From a virus: 64,000 nucleotides of DNA. Where the stretch lies: IMG/VR virus record IMGVR_UViG_3300037780_000016, positions 27,688 through 91,687 of that record; one strand, written 5' to 3'. Position 1 is the first letter of the stretch. Each line of letters starts with the position of its first letter. Position numbers and translations under genes: made by a program. A model generated the notes under the pieces. It saw only the letters and a list, made by a program, of their open reading frames with translations, searched no databases and was not told the origin of the DNA. Shown here in pieces: positions 47,967-56,603 of the stretch.

Positions 47967-48452
47967 ATGTCCGACGCAGTACGAGCAACGCCTCGCCCCC
48001 GCACCCGGCCTACCCGGGGACTGGACCTTGGCGAGCAGACCACGAGCAACACCACGCAGGGTGCGGCTGAGGCGGTCAACACCGAGACGGGCGCACCGAC
48101 GCCTGACGCCATCGAGCAGGCCAAGAATTGGGTTCGCGCCAACAACGACAAGAATGCCAAGGCCCGCGAAGAGAAGGCGGCTGAGAAGGCTCTGACGGCT
48201 GAGATCGTCGAGCATCAGATCGCCGATTTCGTCGTGGACGTGGACGGCACCAACTACCGGGTCGGCACTGACAATGTGCAGTCCGTGTCCATCGACATGG
48301 TCGAGCTGCGCAAGATCACCAACGACGAGCAGTTCATGCAGATCGTCGGTGCGACCCAAGCGAACGTGAAAGCCGTTCTCGGCGAAGCCGGTCTTCAGCG
48401 TGTGCTGAAGCGCGGTGCGGTCACCACCAAGGTCACGAAGAAGAAGCTGTAG
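47967..48452 (+). CDS. Hypothetical protein (N-terminal RPRTRPTRGLDLGE)
   Basis: GGGAG RBS after P4. Confidence 0.75.
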   Translation: MSDAVRATPRPRTRPTRGLDLGEQTTSNTTQGAAEAVNTETGAPTPDAIEQAKNWVRANNDKNAKAREEKAAEKALTAEIVEHQIADFVVDVDGTNYRVGTDNVQSVSIDMVELRKITNDEQFMQIVGATQANVKAVLGEAGLQRVLKRGAVTTKVTKKKL

Positions 48453-48461
48453 GGGGCGCTC

Positions 48462-48989
48462 ATGACGACAGGTAGCGATGATGATGTTGTCGTCCGTGGC
48501 GTTTTCGCCACCGACGGCAATGAACCCGGGTTCAAAGTTGACAGCGCCCTCGACAATCTCCGCGTGGTCAGCCCCAAGGAGACCGACAGTCTGGAACTCC
48601 CGGCAGTCGGCTCCAACGAGAAGGTGGTCGCTCAGCTCACCGACGAAGAGTGGGAAGACTTCCGCCGCCTGATGGCCATGCGTGACAAGGTCGTCGAGAA
48701 GGGCCGGATGATGGACGCAGAGATGATGCGCATTCAGGCCGACATGATCGCCAGCGGTGAGAAGGGCAAAATCCAGAACACCCCGTTCGGGACGGCTATC
48801 TTCCCGGGCGACGAAGAACTGGACCGTCTCCGCGACACCGGCTTCCACCGTGCGAACCAGATGTTCAAGGCGTTCCAGTCCCTGTTCTGGTATCAGATCG
48901 CCGAGAAGCACAACATCCACCACTTCACCATGAACGTCCGCCTTGGACGCAAACTGGTCACCACGGGGCTTCGGCAACAGAATGGATGA
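48462..48989 (+). CDS. Hypothetical protein
   Basis: Operon ORF with matching codon usage. Confidence 0.7.
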   Translation: MTTGSDDDVVVRGVFATDGNEPGFKVDSALDNLRVVSPKETDSLELPAVGSNEKVVAQLTDEEWEDFRRLMAMRDKVVEKGRMMDAEMMRIQADMIASGEKGKIQNTPFGTAIFPGDEELDRLRDTGFHRANQMFKAFQSLFWYQIAEKHNIHHFTMNVRLGRKLVTTGLRQQNG

Positions 48990-50049
48990 AGGCGGCATCA
49001 GACAGGTACTCCAACGCATCGGAGTTCCCGATCTTCGGATCACCCATGACGGTTGGCTCAATGGCTCCTGCCCGCTCGCTCGCTGGACCCACCAGCGGGG
49101 CAGGGACCGCCGCCCGTCGTTTGGGGTGAAGGTGGAGACCGACGGCGTTTCCGGCTACAAGTGTCAAGCCTGTGGCCATAAGGGAACGCTCGTCGGTCTC
49201 CTCTCGAAGATCAAGATGTATTCCGGTGCCGACACCGAGCCCCTGATCGAATGGGTCAAGTCCCGGGAAGCCCGGGGCGAAGAGCTTCCCCCGTACGGCG
49301 TCCGGACCCAGTCCGAGGACATGACCCCACCGGAACCGGTAATGGAAGAGGCGTATGAAGACCTGTTCCCTCCGGCAACCGAGATCGACGCAGCAGTCCA
49401 GTATCTGGCCTCCCGGGGCATCTCCCCTGAGACTGCCGACAAGCTGGGCCTCCTGTACGACGACGAGCCCCATGGTGAGCGTACGACCCCGGAGAACCGC
49501 ATCCTGTTCCCCGTCCGTGACGGAGCCGGGAGCCTGTACGGTTTCACGGGCCGGACCATCGACCCGAACGTCCAGCCGAAGATCAGGGACTACGCCGGTC
49601 TACCGAAGCGTAAACTGCTCCTCGGAGAACATCTGTGGACAAACGAGCAACCGCCGCTTCTGGTCGAAGGCCTGTTCGGGTACGCCCACCTCCACGAGAT
49701 CGGAGCGGACAGGTATTTCGACATCGCTGCGACGCTGGGGGCAGAGCTTCACCCTATGCAGCGAGCACGCGTTCTGGCCCACCCGTCGGCCCGGGCGTAC
49801 CTGATGTTCGACTTCGACGAAGCTGGCGACAAGGCTCTATTCGGCCCGGTGATCCCGGAACCGAATTCCTACACCGGGGAACCTGCCCGGGAATGGAGCA
49901 AGGGGGCTATCGGACAGCTCATTGATCATATAATGGTATTCGTCCCGGATTGGCCTGCCGGGAAGGATGATCCGGACCAACTCACTATCGAGGAAGTCCG
50001 GCATATCAAGGCCACACTCGCGCCCTATATGGGCAGACTTGGCGCTTGA
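48982..50049 (+). CDS. DNA primase (Zn finger + TOPRIM)
   Basis: CP...H..D..PSF..CQACG, YLASRGI, FTGR, VEGLF, FDFDEAG, KDDP. Confidence 0.88.
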   Translation: MDEGGIRQVLQRIGVPDLRITHDGWLNGSCPLARWTHQRGRDRRPSFGVKVETDGVSGYKCQACGHKGTLVGLLSKIKMYSGADTEPLIEWVKSREARGEELPPYGVRTQSEDMTPPEPVMEEAYEDLFPPATEIDAAVQYLASRGISPETADKLGLLYDDEPHGERTTPENRILFPVRDGAGSLYGFTGRTIDPNVQPKIRDYAGLPKRKLLLGEHLWTNEQPPLLVEGLFGYAHLHEIGADRYFDIAATLGAELHPMQRARVLAHPSARAYLMFDFDEAGDKALFGPVIPEPNSYTGEPAREWSKGAIGQLIDHIMVFVPDWPAGKDDPDQLTIEEVRHIKATLAPYMGRLGA

Positions 50050-50132
50050 CTTTGGGACCGGAGCCCTTACAAACAGGGTGACCCTAGAGGTCAGGAGAAA
50101 CGAGCCATTGGCTCAAACAAGGAGAACACTCA

Positions 50133-51257
50133 ATGAGTGATCAACCGCCGCAGGCTCGGACGCGTCAACGTCCGGGTGCCGCACCCGCCGCTACCCCCGC
50201 TGCCAATCAGGGAGGTGGATGGTTCCAGCAAGGAACCGACGGCTTCAACACCGCCGCACAGGAACAAGCCCGTGCTGCGGAAGAGCGTGAACGGGGCTAT
50301 ATGCCCATGCGCTACTGGTTGGCACAGCCGAAAGCCGGTCAAGCCACCGAAGGCCACATCATCATTCTGGATGACAAGCCGAGCATGTTCTTCCATGAAC
50401 ACCAGTGGAAGAACCCGCAGACCGGCAAATGGGATATGCTCGAAGCCTGCCCGGCGGACTTCGACTACTGCCCGCTCTGCGCACAAGAGAAGATTTACGG
50501 CAAGCGCTACTATCAGCTCATGCTGTCGATCCTCGACCTGCGTGGATACACGGACCGCAATGGCAATCAGGTGCCGTACACCCGGAAACTCCTGCCGATC
50601 AAAGCGAACATGCTTGACCCGTTCAAGCGTCGCTTCGAGCAGCACGGTACGCTCCGTGGCCTGTGCTTCACGATGGTCCGCTCGCCCAGCGAGAAGAACT
50701 CCCCGCGCATCGGTCGCCCGGAGTTTTACGCCCAGTACACCGACGAACAGCTTCTGGAATGGTATTCGCACCCGGCGAAGCAGAAGGAAGACGGTACGGT
50801 GTATCTGCAAGCGAACGAAATGCTTCAGCCGTTCGACTACATGAACCTCTTCCCGCAACCGTCTGGTGACGCTCTGGTCGCCAAGTACGGCGGCAATCGT
50901 CCGGTCGGCAACACCAATGTCCCGGCGAACGAAGCAGGTGAATGGGGTCCGCCCCCGGCTGCAACGCAAGGTGCTGGCACGCCTCCGGGCGCTCCGGCAG
51001 GTGCACCTCCGGGTGCGCCCCCTGCGGCTCCCCCGGCCCAGACTGCCGCTCCGGCAGGAAGTGCGGCTGGCGGAGCTGCCTCCCCGCCCCCGGCTGGCGC
51101 TCAGCCTCCGGCGGCACCCCCGCCGTCCCGTTCTACTGAACTGGATGACGAAATCCCTTTTGATCAACAGGGGGCGGCACAGCCCCCGGCTGCGGCTCCG
51201 GCTGCATCCGGACCGCCCCCTTCGGTCTCCGGTCTTCCTGACGACTTCCCGGTCTAA
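50133..51257 (+). CDS. Single-stranded DNA-binding protein-like, with Pro/Ala-rich acidic tail
   Basis: CP...CPLC; DDEIPF and terminal LPDDFPV; replication context. Confidence 0.65.
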   Translation: MSDQPPQARTRQRPGAAPAATPAANQGGGWFQQGTDGFNTAAQEQARAAEERERGYMPMRYWLAQPKAGQATEGHIIILDDKPSMFFHEHQWKNPQTGKWDMLEACPADFDYCPLCAQEKIYGKRYYQLMLSILDLRGYTDRNGNQVPYTRKLLPIKANMLDPFKRRFEQHGTLRGLCFTMVRSPSEKNSPRIGRPEFYAQYTDEQLLEWYSHPAKQKEDGTVYLQANEMLQPFDYMNLFPQPSGDALVAKYGGNRPVGNTNVPANEAGEWGPPPAATQGAGTPPGAPAGAPPGAPPAAPPAQTAAPAGSAAGGAASPPPAGAQPPAAPPPSRSTELDDEIPFDQQGAAQPPAAAPAASGPPPSVSGLPDDFPV

Positions 51258-51266
51258 GGAGACCCC

Positions 51267-52697
51267 ATGACCGCGATCAACGCGGGTTGGTTGTGGGTCA
51301 GGGTCGATCAGTTCGAGAGCATCGAACATCTCAAGTCGGCCCTGACCTACATTCCGCTCTACGACGAAGAACAGAAACCGGTTCGGCTGTACAACACGTC
51401 ACGGCTCAATCGCGGCTATCTGGGCATCCCCCGGGCGTACGGCCTCGGACTGGCACACCAGATGAACATGCCGGTGAACCACGACCGGCTGACCGACGGC
51501 GACGGGAAGATGATCTACCGCCGCCTCCCGGACCCCAATCACCCCAGCGTCCAAGACCCCGCCGCTCAGAAGCTGTTCATGGAGAACATGCTAATCGCGG
51601 CACAGCAGACGCAGAACTTCATCGCTCAGGCACCGACTGGCTCCGGTAAGACCGTGGTCGCGCTCAGGACAGCCGCCCTGCTCGGACGCCGTACCATGGT
51701 GCTCTGTCACCTCGAACGGATCATGGACCAGTGGGTGGACACCGCTAAGGGCGTCCTTGGCCTGACCGACGACGAGATCGGCATCGCCCAGCAAGACCGC
51801 TTCGACCACGACAAGCCGCTGACGGTGGGCATGCTCCACTCTGTCGCGCAGCGTGATTATGGACCGGACTTCTACCGGGCATTCGGCACCCTGATCGTGG
51901 ACGAGGTTCACAAGATCGGATCAGGGCATTTCGCTCAGGCAGTGCCTCGCTTCCCGGCCCGGATCAGGTTCGGCCTGTCCGCCACTCCCAAGCGTAAGGA
52001 CGGGGGTGACCGCGTATTCTTCTGGCACCTTGGCCCGATCACGGTCAGTTCGACCGCTGAGGCCATGCCGTGCAATCTGTATGTCCTGCCGTACGCAACG
52101 CAGCGTCCGCTCTGGGGCAAGGCTGCCCAGTCCCGGGTGAAGTGCCTGTCTCTGGATCGGGCTCGCAATGAAATCCTCGTCTCCGCCATCAAGCGGATGC
52201 ACGATCAAGGTCGGGTTGTTCTGGCCGTTTCCCACAGCGTTACGCATGTTCAGGAGATGATTAGACTTGCCATACAAAGAGGCATACCCCATAATGTAAT
52301 CGGACAATACACAGGAGAGCGCCACGTGAAGGTCGAAGACGGCCAGAACGCGGATGGCTCGACGAAGTACAAGATCAAGAAAGTCAAGGTCAAAAAGGAA
52401 GAGTTCGAACGTATCAAAGCAAGCTCCCAGATCATCTTCGCCACATACGGCATGATGACAGAGGGAGTGGACATCCAGCGCCTCGACGCTGGCATAGACC
52501 TCACACCCCGGGGACAGGCGACGCAACTCATCGGGCGAATTCGCCGCCCGCTCCCGGACAAGCCGACACCGCTTTGGATCACTCCGCTGGACATCCATTG
52601 CCAGTTTTCCAAGCGGTGGTTTAAGGGACGGCTCACGGACTATGAAGATACGGGCGTCAACATCCTGAACCGTGAAGCGATAAGGAGCTATCTTTGA
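51267..52697 (+). CDS. Superfamily 2 helicase
   Basis: APTGSGKT, DEVH, SAT, EGVDI, QLIGRIRR. Confidence 0.92.
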   Translation: MTAINAGWLWVRVDQFESIEHLKSALTYIPLYDEEQKPVRLYNTSRLNRGYLGIPRAYGLGLAHQMNMPVNHDRLTDGDGKMIYRRLPDPNHPSVQDPAAQKLFMENMLIAAQQTQNFIAQAPTGSGKTVVALRTAALLGRRTMVLCHLERIMDQWVDTAKGVLGLTDDEIGIAQQDRFDHDKPLTVGMLHSVAQRDYGPDFYRAFGTLIVDEVHKIGSGHFAQAVPRFPARIRFGLSATPKRKDGGDRVFFWHLGPITVSSTAEAMPCNLYVLPYATQRPLWGKAAQSRVKCLSLDRARNEILVSAIKRMHDQGRVVLAVSHSVTHVQEMIRLAIQRGIPHNVIGQYTGERHVKVEDGQNADGSTKYKIKKVKVKKEEFERIKASSQIIFATYGMMTEGVDIQRLDAGIDLTPRGQATQLIGRIRRPLPDKPTPLWITPLDIHCQFSKRWFKGRLTDYEDTGVNILNREAIRSYL

Positions 52698-53164
52698 CTA
52701 GCAAAACGCCCGCCCGCAGTAAGCGCAAAGTCGATGCGGAGAAAAATCGCCAATGGCGTCGCGCCTCCTACCGGAAGCACAACGATGTCAAGATGACGGA
52801 TTGCCGTCGTGGCATGAAGGCCCGTCTTCAGAAGACGCCCACTGTCACAATGGTCTGTGACGGACGTCGGACGTCGTCTGTCCCTCACAACATCGTGGCG
52901 CTGGCCAAGGTACTGCAACGGGGGAACAAGATCATTTATCGCTGGATCGCCGAAGGCCGGTTCCCGCCGCCCCGCTGGACGATCATCGCCGACGACGCTG
53001 AGAAGCACAAAAGCGAGATGAACCCGAAGGGCAAATACTACACCGTGGCAGAGGTCGAAGTTCTGGCCCGGGTCATGGGCAAGCACCAAACCAAGTTCGC
53101 CTATTATCAGGCGCACCACACTGAAACGCAGGAAGAACTGTTCGAGGAGTTCAGCAAGGTATGA
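52694..53164 (+). CDS. Basic MerR/excisionase-like HTH protein
   Basis: LAKVLQR...IYRWIAEGRFPPP; YYT..EV. Confidence 0.6.
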   Translation: MTSKTPARSKRKVDAEKNRQWRRASYRKHNDVKMTDCRRGMKARLQKTPTVTMVCDGRRTSSVPHNIVALAKVLQRGNKIIYRWIAEGRFPPPRWTIIADDAEKHKSEMNPKGKYYTVAEVEVLARVMGKHQTKFAYYQAHHTETQEELFEEFSKV

Positions 53165-53496
53165 GCGCACGTCAGCGACAGCGTCCCGGGGTATCGGTGG
53201 AAGAGGGCACGATCACGGTCACCCGTGCGGCCTACCACCGGGGGCAGGAAATCCATTCCGAGGAAGAGCGCGAGCGGATCGAAGTTCCGGTCTTCCACAC
53301 CGAGCCCGCCCGGGTCACGGTGAACGGCAATGTCAAGAAGAACATGGGGAACTACGAGAGCCTTGGCGTCTCTGTGACGATCAGCCTACCGTGCTACCCG
53401 GAAATGTCTGAGGTCAACCGTGTCTACGGGATCGCTTCGGGATGGGTGGACGAGATGCTGCCCGAGCAACTGAAGAAGGGTATCCAAGGTGGCTAA
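53161..53496 (+). CDS. Hypothetical protein
   Basis: NMGNYESL.V.V; overlaps both neighbours. Confidence 0.7.
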   Translation: MSARQRQRPGVSVEEGTITVTRAAYHRGQEIHSEEERERIEVPVFHTEPARVTVNGNVKKNMGNYESLGVSVTISLPCYPEMSEVNRVYGIASGWVDEMLPEQLKKGIQGG

Positions 53497-54634
53497 GCGT
53501 AAAAGACCTGAAGTGAACCCGGGTGCAAACAAGCGTGCATCCGACAAGCTCGCCGAGGACATCAACAAAGCCTTCGGCAGTCAGACAATCGTGAACGCGA
53601 GCAAGCTGCCGGACTTCCGGCATGTCCGCACCGGCATCTTCACGTTGGACGTCGCTCTGCTGGGCGGCATCCCGGAAGGGCTCGCCACATGCTTCTACGG
53701 CTGGCCTTCTGCCGGTAAGACCACGGCGGCGATCAAAGCCATCGCGGGCTTCCAGAAGAAGTACCCGAAGAAGCGCGTCCTGTTCGTGGACGTGGAAGGC
53801 ACCTTCGACCCTGTCTGGGCCGAGAAGTTCGGCGTGGATGTGGACGCTCTCATGATGGCGTACCCGGGGTCTGGCGAACAGGCCATCGATATCGTCGAGG
53901 CGGCTCTCCGTGCGAACGACATTTCGCTGGTGGTTCTGGACAGCATCGCCATGATGACGGCGACCAAGGAGATCGAGCAGTCCGCCGAAGACAAGACGAT
54001 GGGCACCCAAGGGGCGCTCCTGTCTCTGGCCTTCCGCAAGTGGACCAACACGATGACCACGCTCAAGCAGCAGGGCGTCACATCCCCGACCTTCATCTGT
54101 ATCAACCAGTTCCGGGAGAAGATGGTCCTGATGGGCGACAGCCGCACCCTCCCCGGCGGTCACGCTCAGCACTTCATGTACGCCGTCAAGGTGGAACTGA
54201 AGAACAAGGAAACCCTTGGCGAGACCGGTCAGGACGTGAAGGTGGTGGACTACAACGACCACTCCTTCAAGGTCACGAAGAACAAGACCGGCAATTCGAT
54301 CCGGGAAGGCGAGTATCTGATGTACCGCAATCCGGATGGGAGCCTTCCGGAAGGGTTCATCGACAGCGGCCAGACGGTGGTCAACTTCGCCCGCAAGTAC
54401 GGTCTGGTCACTGGGGACGGCGGCTCTGCGAAGCGGCTCATGCCGTACGCCGGGGGTCCGGACATTCCCAAGGACGGTCTGGTCTTCAAGCGGTTCCAAG
54501 ACATCGTGGACTGGCTGTATGAGGACTATGACGCCCGCATGGTGACACTGGAAGACGAGCTGATCTCCATCCATCGGGAGGCGATGAACCGCCCGAAGTA
54601 CGCGTGGAAGGATGCCGCCCCGGATGTTACGTAA
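53489..54634 (+). CDS. recA: RecA/UvsX-like recombinase
   Basis: LDVALLGGIP, GWPSAGKTT, DVEG, LDSIA, INQFR, PGG. Confidence 0.92.
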   Translation: MAKRKRPEVNPGANKRASDKLAEDINKAFGSQTIVNASKLPDFRHVRTGIFTLDVALLGGIPEGLATCFYGWPSAGKTTAAIKAIAGFQKKYPKKRVLFVDVEGTFDPVWAEKFGVDVDALMMAYPGSGEQAIDIVEAALRANDISLVVLDSIAMMTATKEIEQSAEDKTMGTQGALLSLAFRKWTNTMTTLKQQGVTSPTFICINQFREKMVLMGDSRTLPGGHAQHFMYAVKVELKNKETLGETGQDVKVVDYNDHSFKVTKNKTGNSIREGEYLMYRNPDGSLPEGFIDSGQTVVNFARKYGLVTGDGGSAKRLMPYAGGPDIPKDGLVFKRFQDIVDWLYEDYDARMVTLEDELISIHREAMNRPKYAWKDAAPDVT

Positions 54635-55007
54635 GTCGAAAAAGGACAAGCGCTACCAATCGCCCTCGCACCGCCGGGCTCCCAAGCAGGAGGCAGAAGC
54701 CGCCAAACGCTTCGGGGGCCGGGTGGTGGACGGCTCAGGGTCTGCGGCCATGAAGCGGGGGGACGTCCGGAAACGAGGCGTTCACCGTGTGGAGTGCAAA
54801 TGCACCAAGCACAAGAGCTTCAGCGTGACCCGCGAGATGGTGGACAAGATGGAGAAGTCCGTCTTCGGCACCACCGAGATCGCCTTCATGGAGATCGAAT
54901 TTCTGGACGAGGGGGGGTCTTGCGAGAACCGGGTATATATCTTGACCCGGGACGCCATGGACCACCTGATGGAGCTGAACAGCGATGCTGACCAATCTGC
55001 TGAATAG
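54612..55007 (+). CDS. PD-(D/E)XK nuclease, Holliday junction resolvase-like
   Basis: QE...GSGS..KRGDV..VECK. Confidence 0.7.
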   Translation: MPPRMLRKSKKDKRYQSPSHRRAPKQEAEAAKRFGGRVVDGSGSAAMKRGDVRKRGVHRVECKCTKHKSFSVTREMVDKMEKSVFGTTEIAFMEIEFLDEGGSCENRVYILTRDAMDHLMELNSDADQSAE

Positions 55008-55917
55008 CCTCGAAGGCCGAACCAATTCTGCCCGGGCCGGGGAACGCATCCCGGACGAGCCGACGGAGTTCATGCCTGAGCTGGACATCGACATCCTGAA
55101 GAACGCCCTCGACCGGCAGGACCGCGCACCGGAGCAGGCCCGGAAGACCCACGGTGAAGAGCACTGGCTGCACGCCTCGACGCTGATCCACGCTTGCACC
55201 CGGGAGCTGGCGCTCCACCGGGCGTATGGCGCGGTGCAGACGCACAACGAGGTGTACGGCCCTGACCGCATCGTCTGGGCCATGGGCCGGGCGGCTGAAG
55301 CCCACCTCCGAAAACAGTTCATCGCTGCCTGCAACTTCGAGCACATCTACGGGGACTGGCGCTGCAATTGCGAGAGCGAGCAGTTCGTCGGATACCACCC
55401 GGCGGATCGTTCCTGTCAGCGGTGCGGGTCCGGCCTCGACAACTATCACGAGATCAATCTGGCCAACCCGCAGTACAAGGTGACCGGGGCTCCGGACCTC
55501 CTGTACGACCACCACGGCTACATCGTCCCGATTGAAGTCAAGTCGATGAAGAAGCGGGCCGCACAGGGTAAGAATGACGGCTTCGACAATCTCATGGGGC
55601 CGAAGTCCGAGCACATCATGCAGGTGCTGACGTACCGCCGCCTGTTGGAGCTGGCTGGCTTCCGGGTCCATGACGAGGCGATCATCATCTACGTCTGCAA
55701 GGACTATTGCATCGGCTCCCCCTACAAGGAGTTCCACGTGGACGCGACCGACCCGGCCTACGGCCAGTACGCCGAGGAAATCCTGAACCGGGCACAGCAG
55801 GTCTACAACGCAACCCGTTCGGCTCTCCCGCCCCGCCTGTCGGCGTGTGGCGACATGGACAGTAGCCGGGCCAAGAAATGCCCGCTGGTCGCGCGGTGCT
55901 TTGGAGCAAGAGCATGA
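54985..55917 (+). CDS. Cas4/RecB-like exonuclease
   Basis: GAPD, IEVKS, QV..Y; N- and C-terminal Cys cluster; extra CxC/CxxC. Confidence 0.8.
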   Translation: MLTNLLNSLEGRTNSARAGERIPDEPTEFMPELDIDILKNALDRQDRAPEQARKTHGEEHWLHASTLIHACTRELALHRAYGAVQTHNEVYGPDRIVWAMGRAAEAHLRKQFIAACNFEHIYGDWRCNCESEQFVGYHPADRSCQRCGSGLDNYHEINLANPQYKVTGAPDLLYDHHGYIVPIEVKSMKKRAAQGKNDGFDNLMGPKSEHIMQVLTYRRLLELAGFRVHDEAIIIYVCKDYCIGSPYKEFHVDATDPAYGQYAEEILNRAQQVYNATRSALPPRLSACGDMDSSRAKKCPLVARCFGARA

Positions 55918-56522
55918 CTGATATGATTGTGAAGAAGATCGTCGAGCAGGAGCTGCCCTTCAAATGTGAAGTGCCGGTGCTCGGGCTTGACCCGTCCCTG
56001 AACGCGTTCGGGGTGTGTGAAATTCACCGCAACAAGATGACGACCTACGTCCTGTCCCCGACCGCCAAAGGCCCGGAACGTCTCCTGATGTTCGGGGAGT
56101 GGTTTAACGCGGAGTTCCAGTCGAAATGGGGCGCGGTCGCGTTCGAGGACTATGCGTTCAGCCGGGCGAACCAAGCTCACCAGCTCGGAGAGTTAGGGGG
56201 GGTCTTGCGAACCCAGTTATACATATCTTCCGTCCCGGCGGTGTATGTGGTCGGACCCGGGCAGTTGAAGAAGTTCGCCACCGGCAAGGGCTCAGGCCCT
56301 AAGACCGGGGTGATGTTGGCGTTGCTGAAGCGCTGGGGTGTTGAGGTGCAGGACGATAACCAAGCAGACGCCACGGCCCTCGCCCTGATCGCCGCCCAGA
56401 AGCTCGGCTTCGGTATTGACCTCCCCAAGGCACATATGGAAGTATTCGAGGGTAAGACACCCATCAAGCAGTTCGCCCAACGTCCGGCCCCCGAGGCACG
56501 GAAGCGAACCCGTCCCCGTTGA
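55914..56522 (+). CDS. RuvC-like resolvase
   Basis: LGLDPSL, FEDY, LKKFATGKG, DNQADA. Confidence 0.85.
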   Translation: MTDMIVKKIVEQELPFKCEVPVLGLDPSLNAFGVCEIHRNKMTTYVLSPTAKGPERLLMFGEWFNAEFQSKWGAVAFEDYAFSRANQAHQLGELGGVLRTQLYISSVPAVYVVGPGQLKKFATGKGSGPKTGVMLALLKRWGVEVQDDNQADATALALIAAQKLGFGIDLPKAHMEVFEGKTPIKQFAQRPAPEARKRTRPR

Positions 56523-56541
56523 ACCCGGGTGCAAAAGGTGG

Positions 56542-56570
56542 TTGACTTACGATCTGGGATAGCCTAGATT
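56542..56570 (+). promoter_or_regulatory. Promoter P5 with conserved spacer
   Basis: TTGACT-TACGATCTGGGATAGCC-TAGATT, 8 bp after palindrome 56520-56533. Confidence 0.85.
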
Positions 56571-56603
56571 AGTGATGCTTACGGGAAACGTCACAGCAGC
56601 AGC

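Noticed and set aside
50046-50075. Possible promoter (TTGACT) before the SSB-like gene
   Set aside because: No convincing -10 box at 17 bp and no conserved spacer.
54985-55917. Cas4-like gene as part of a CRISPR-Cas system
   Set aside because: No array or other cas genes; solo Cas4-like nucleases are common in phage recombination modules.
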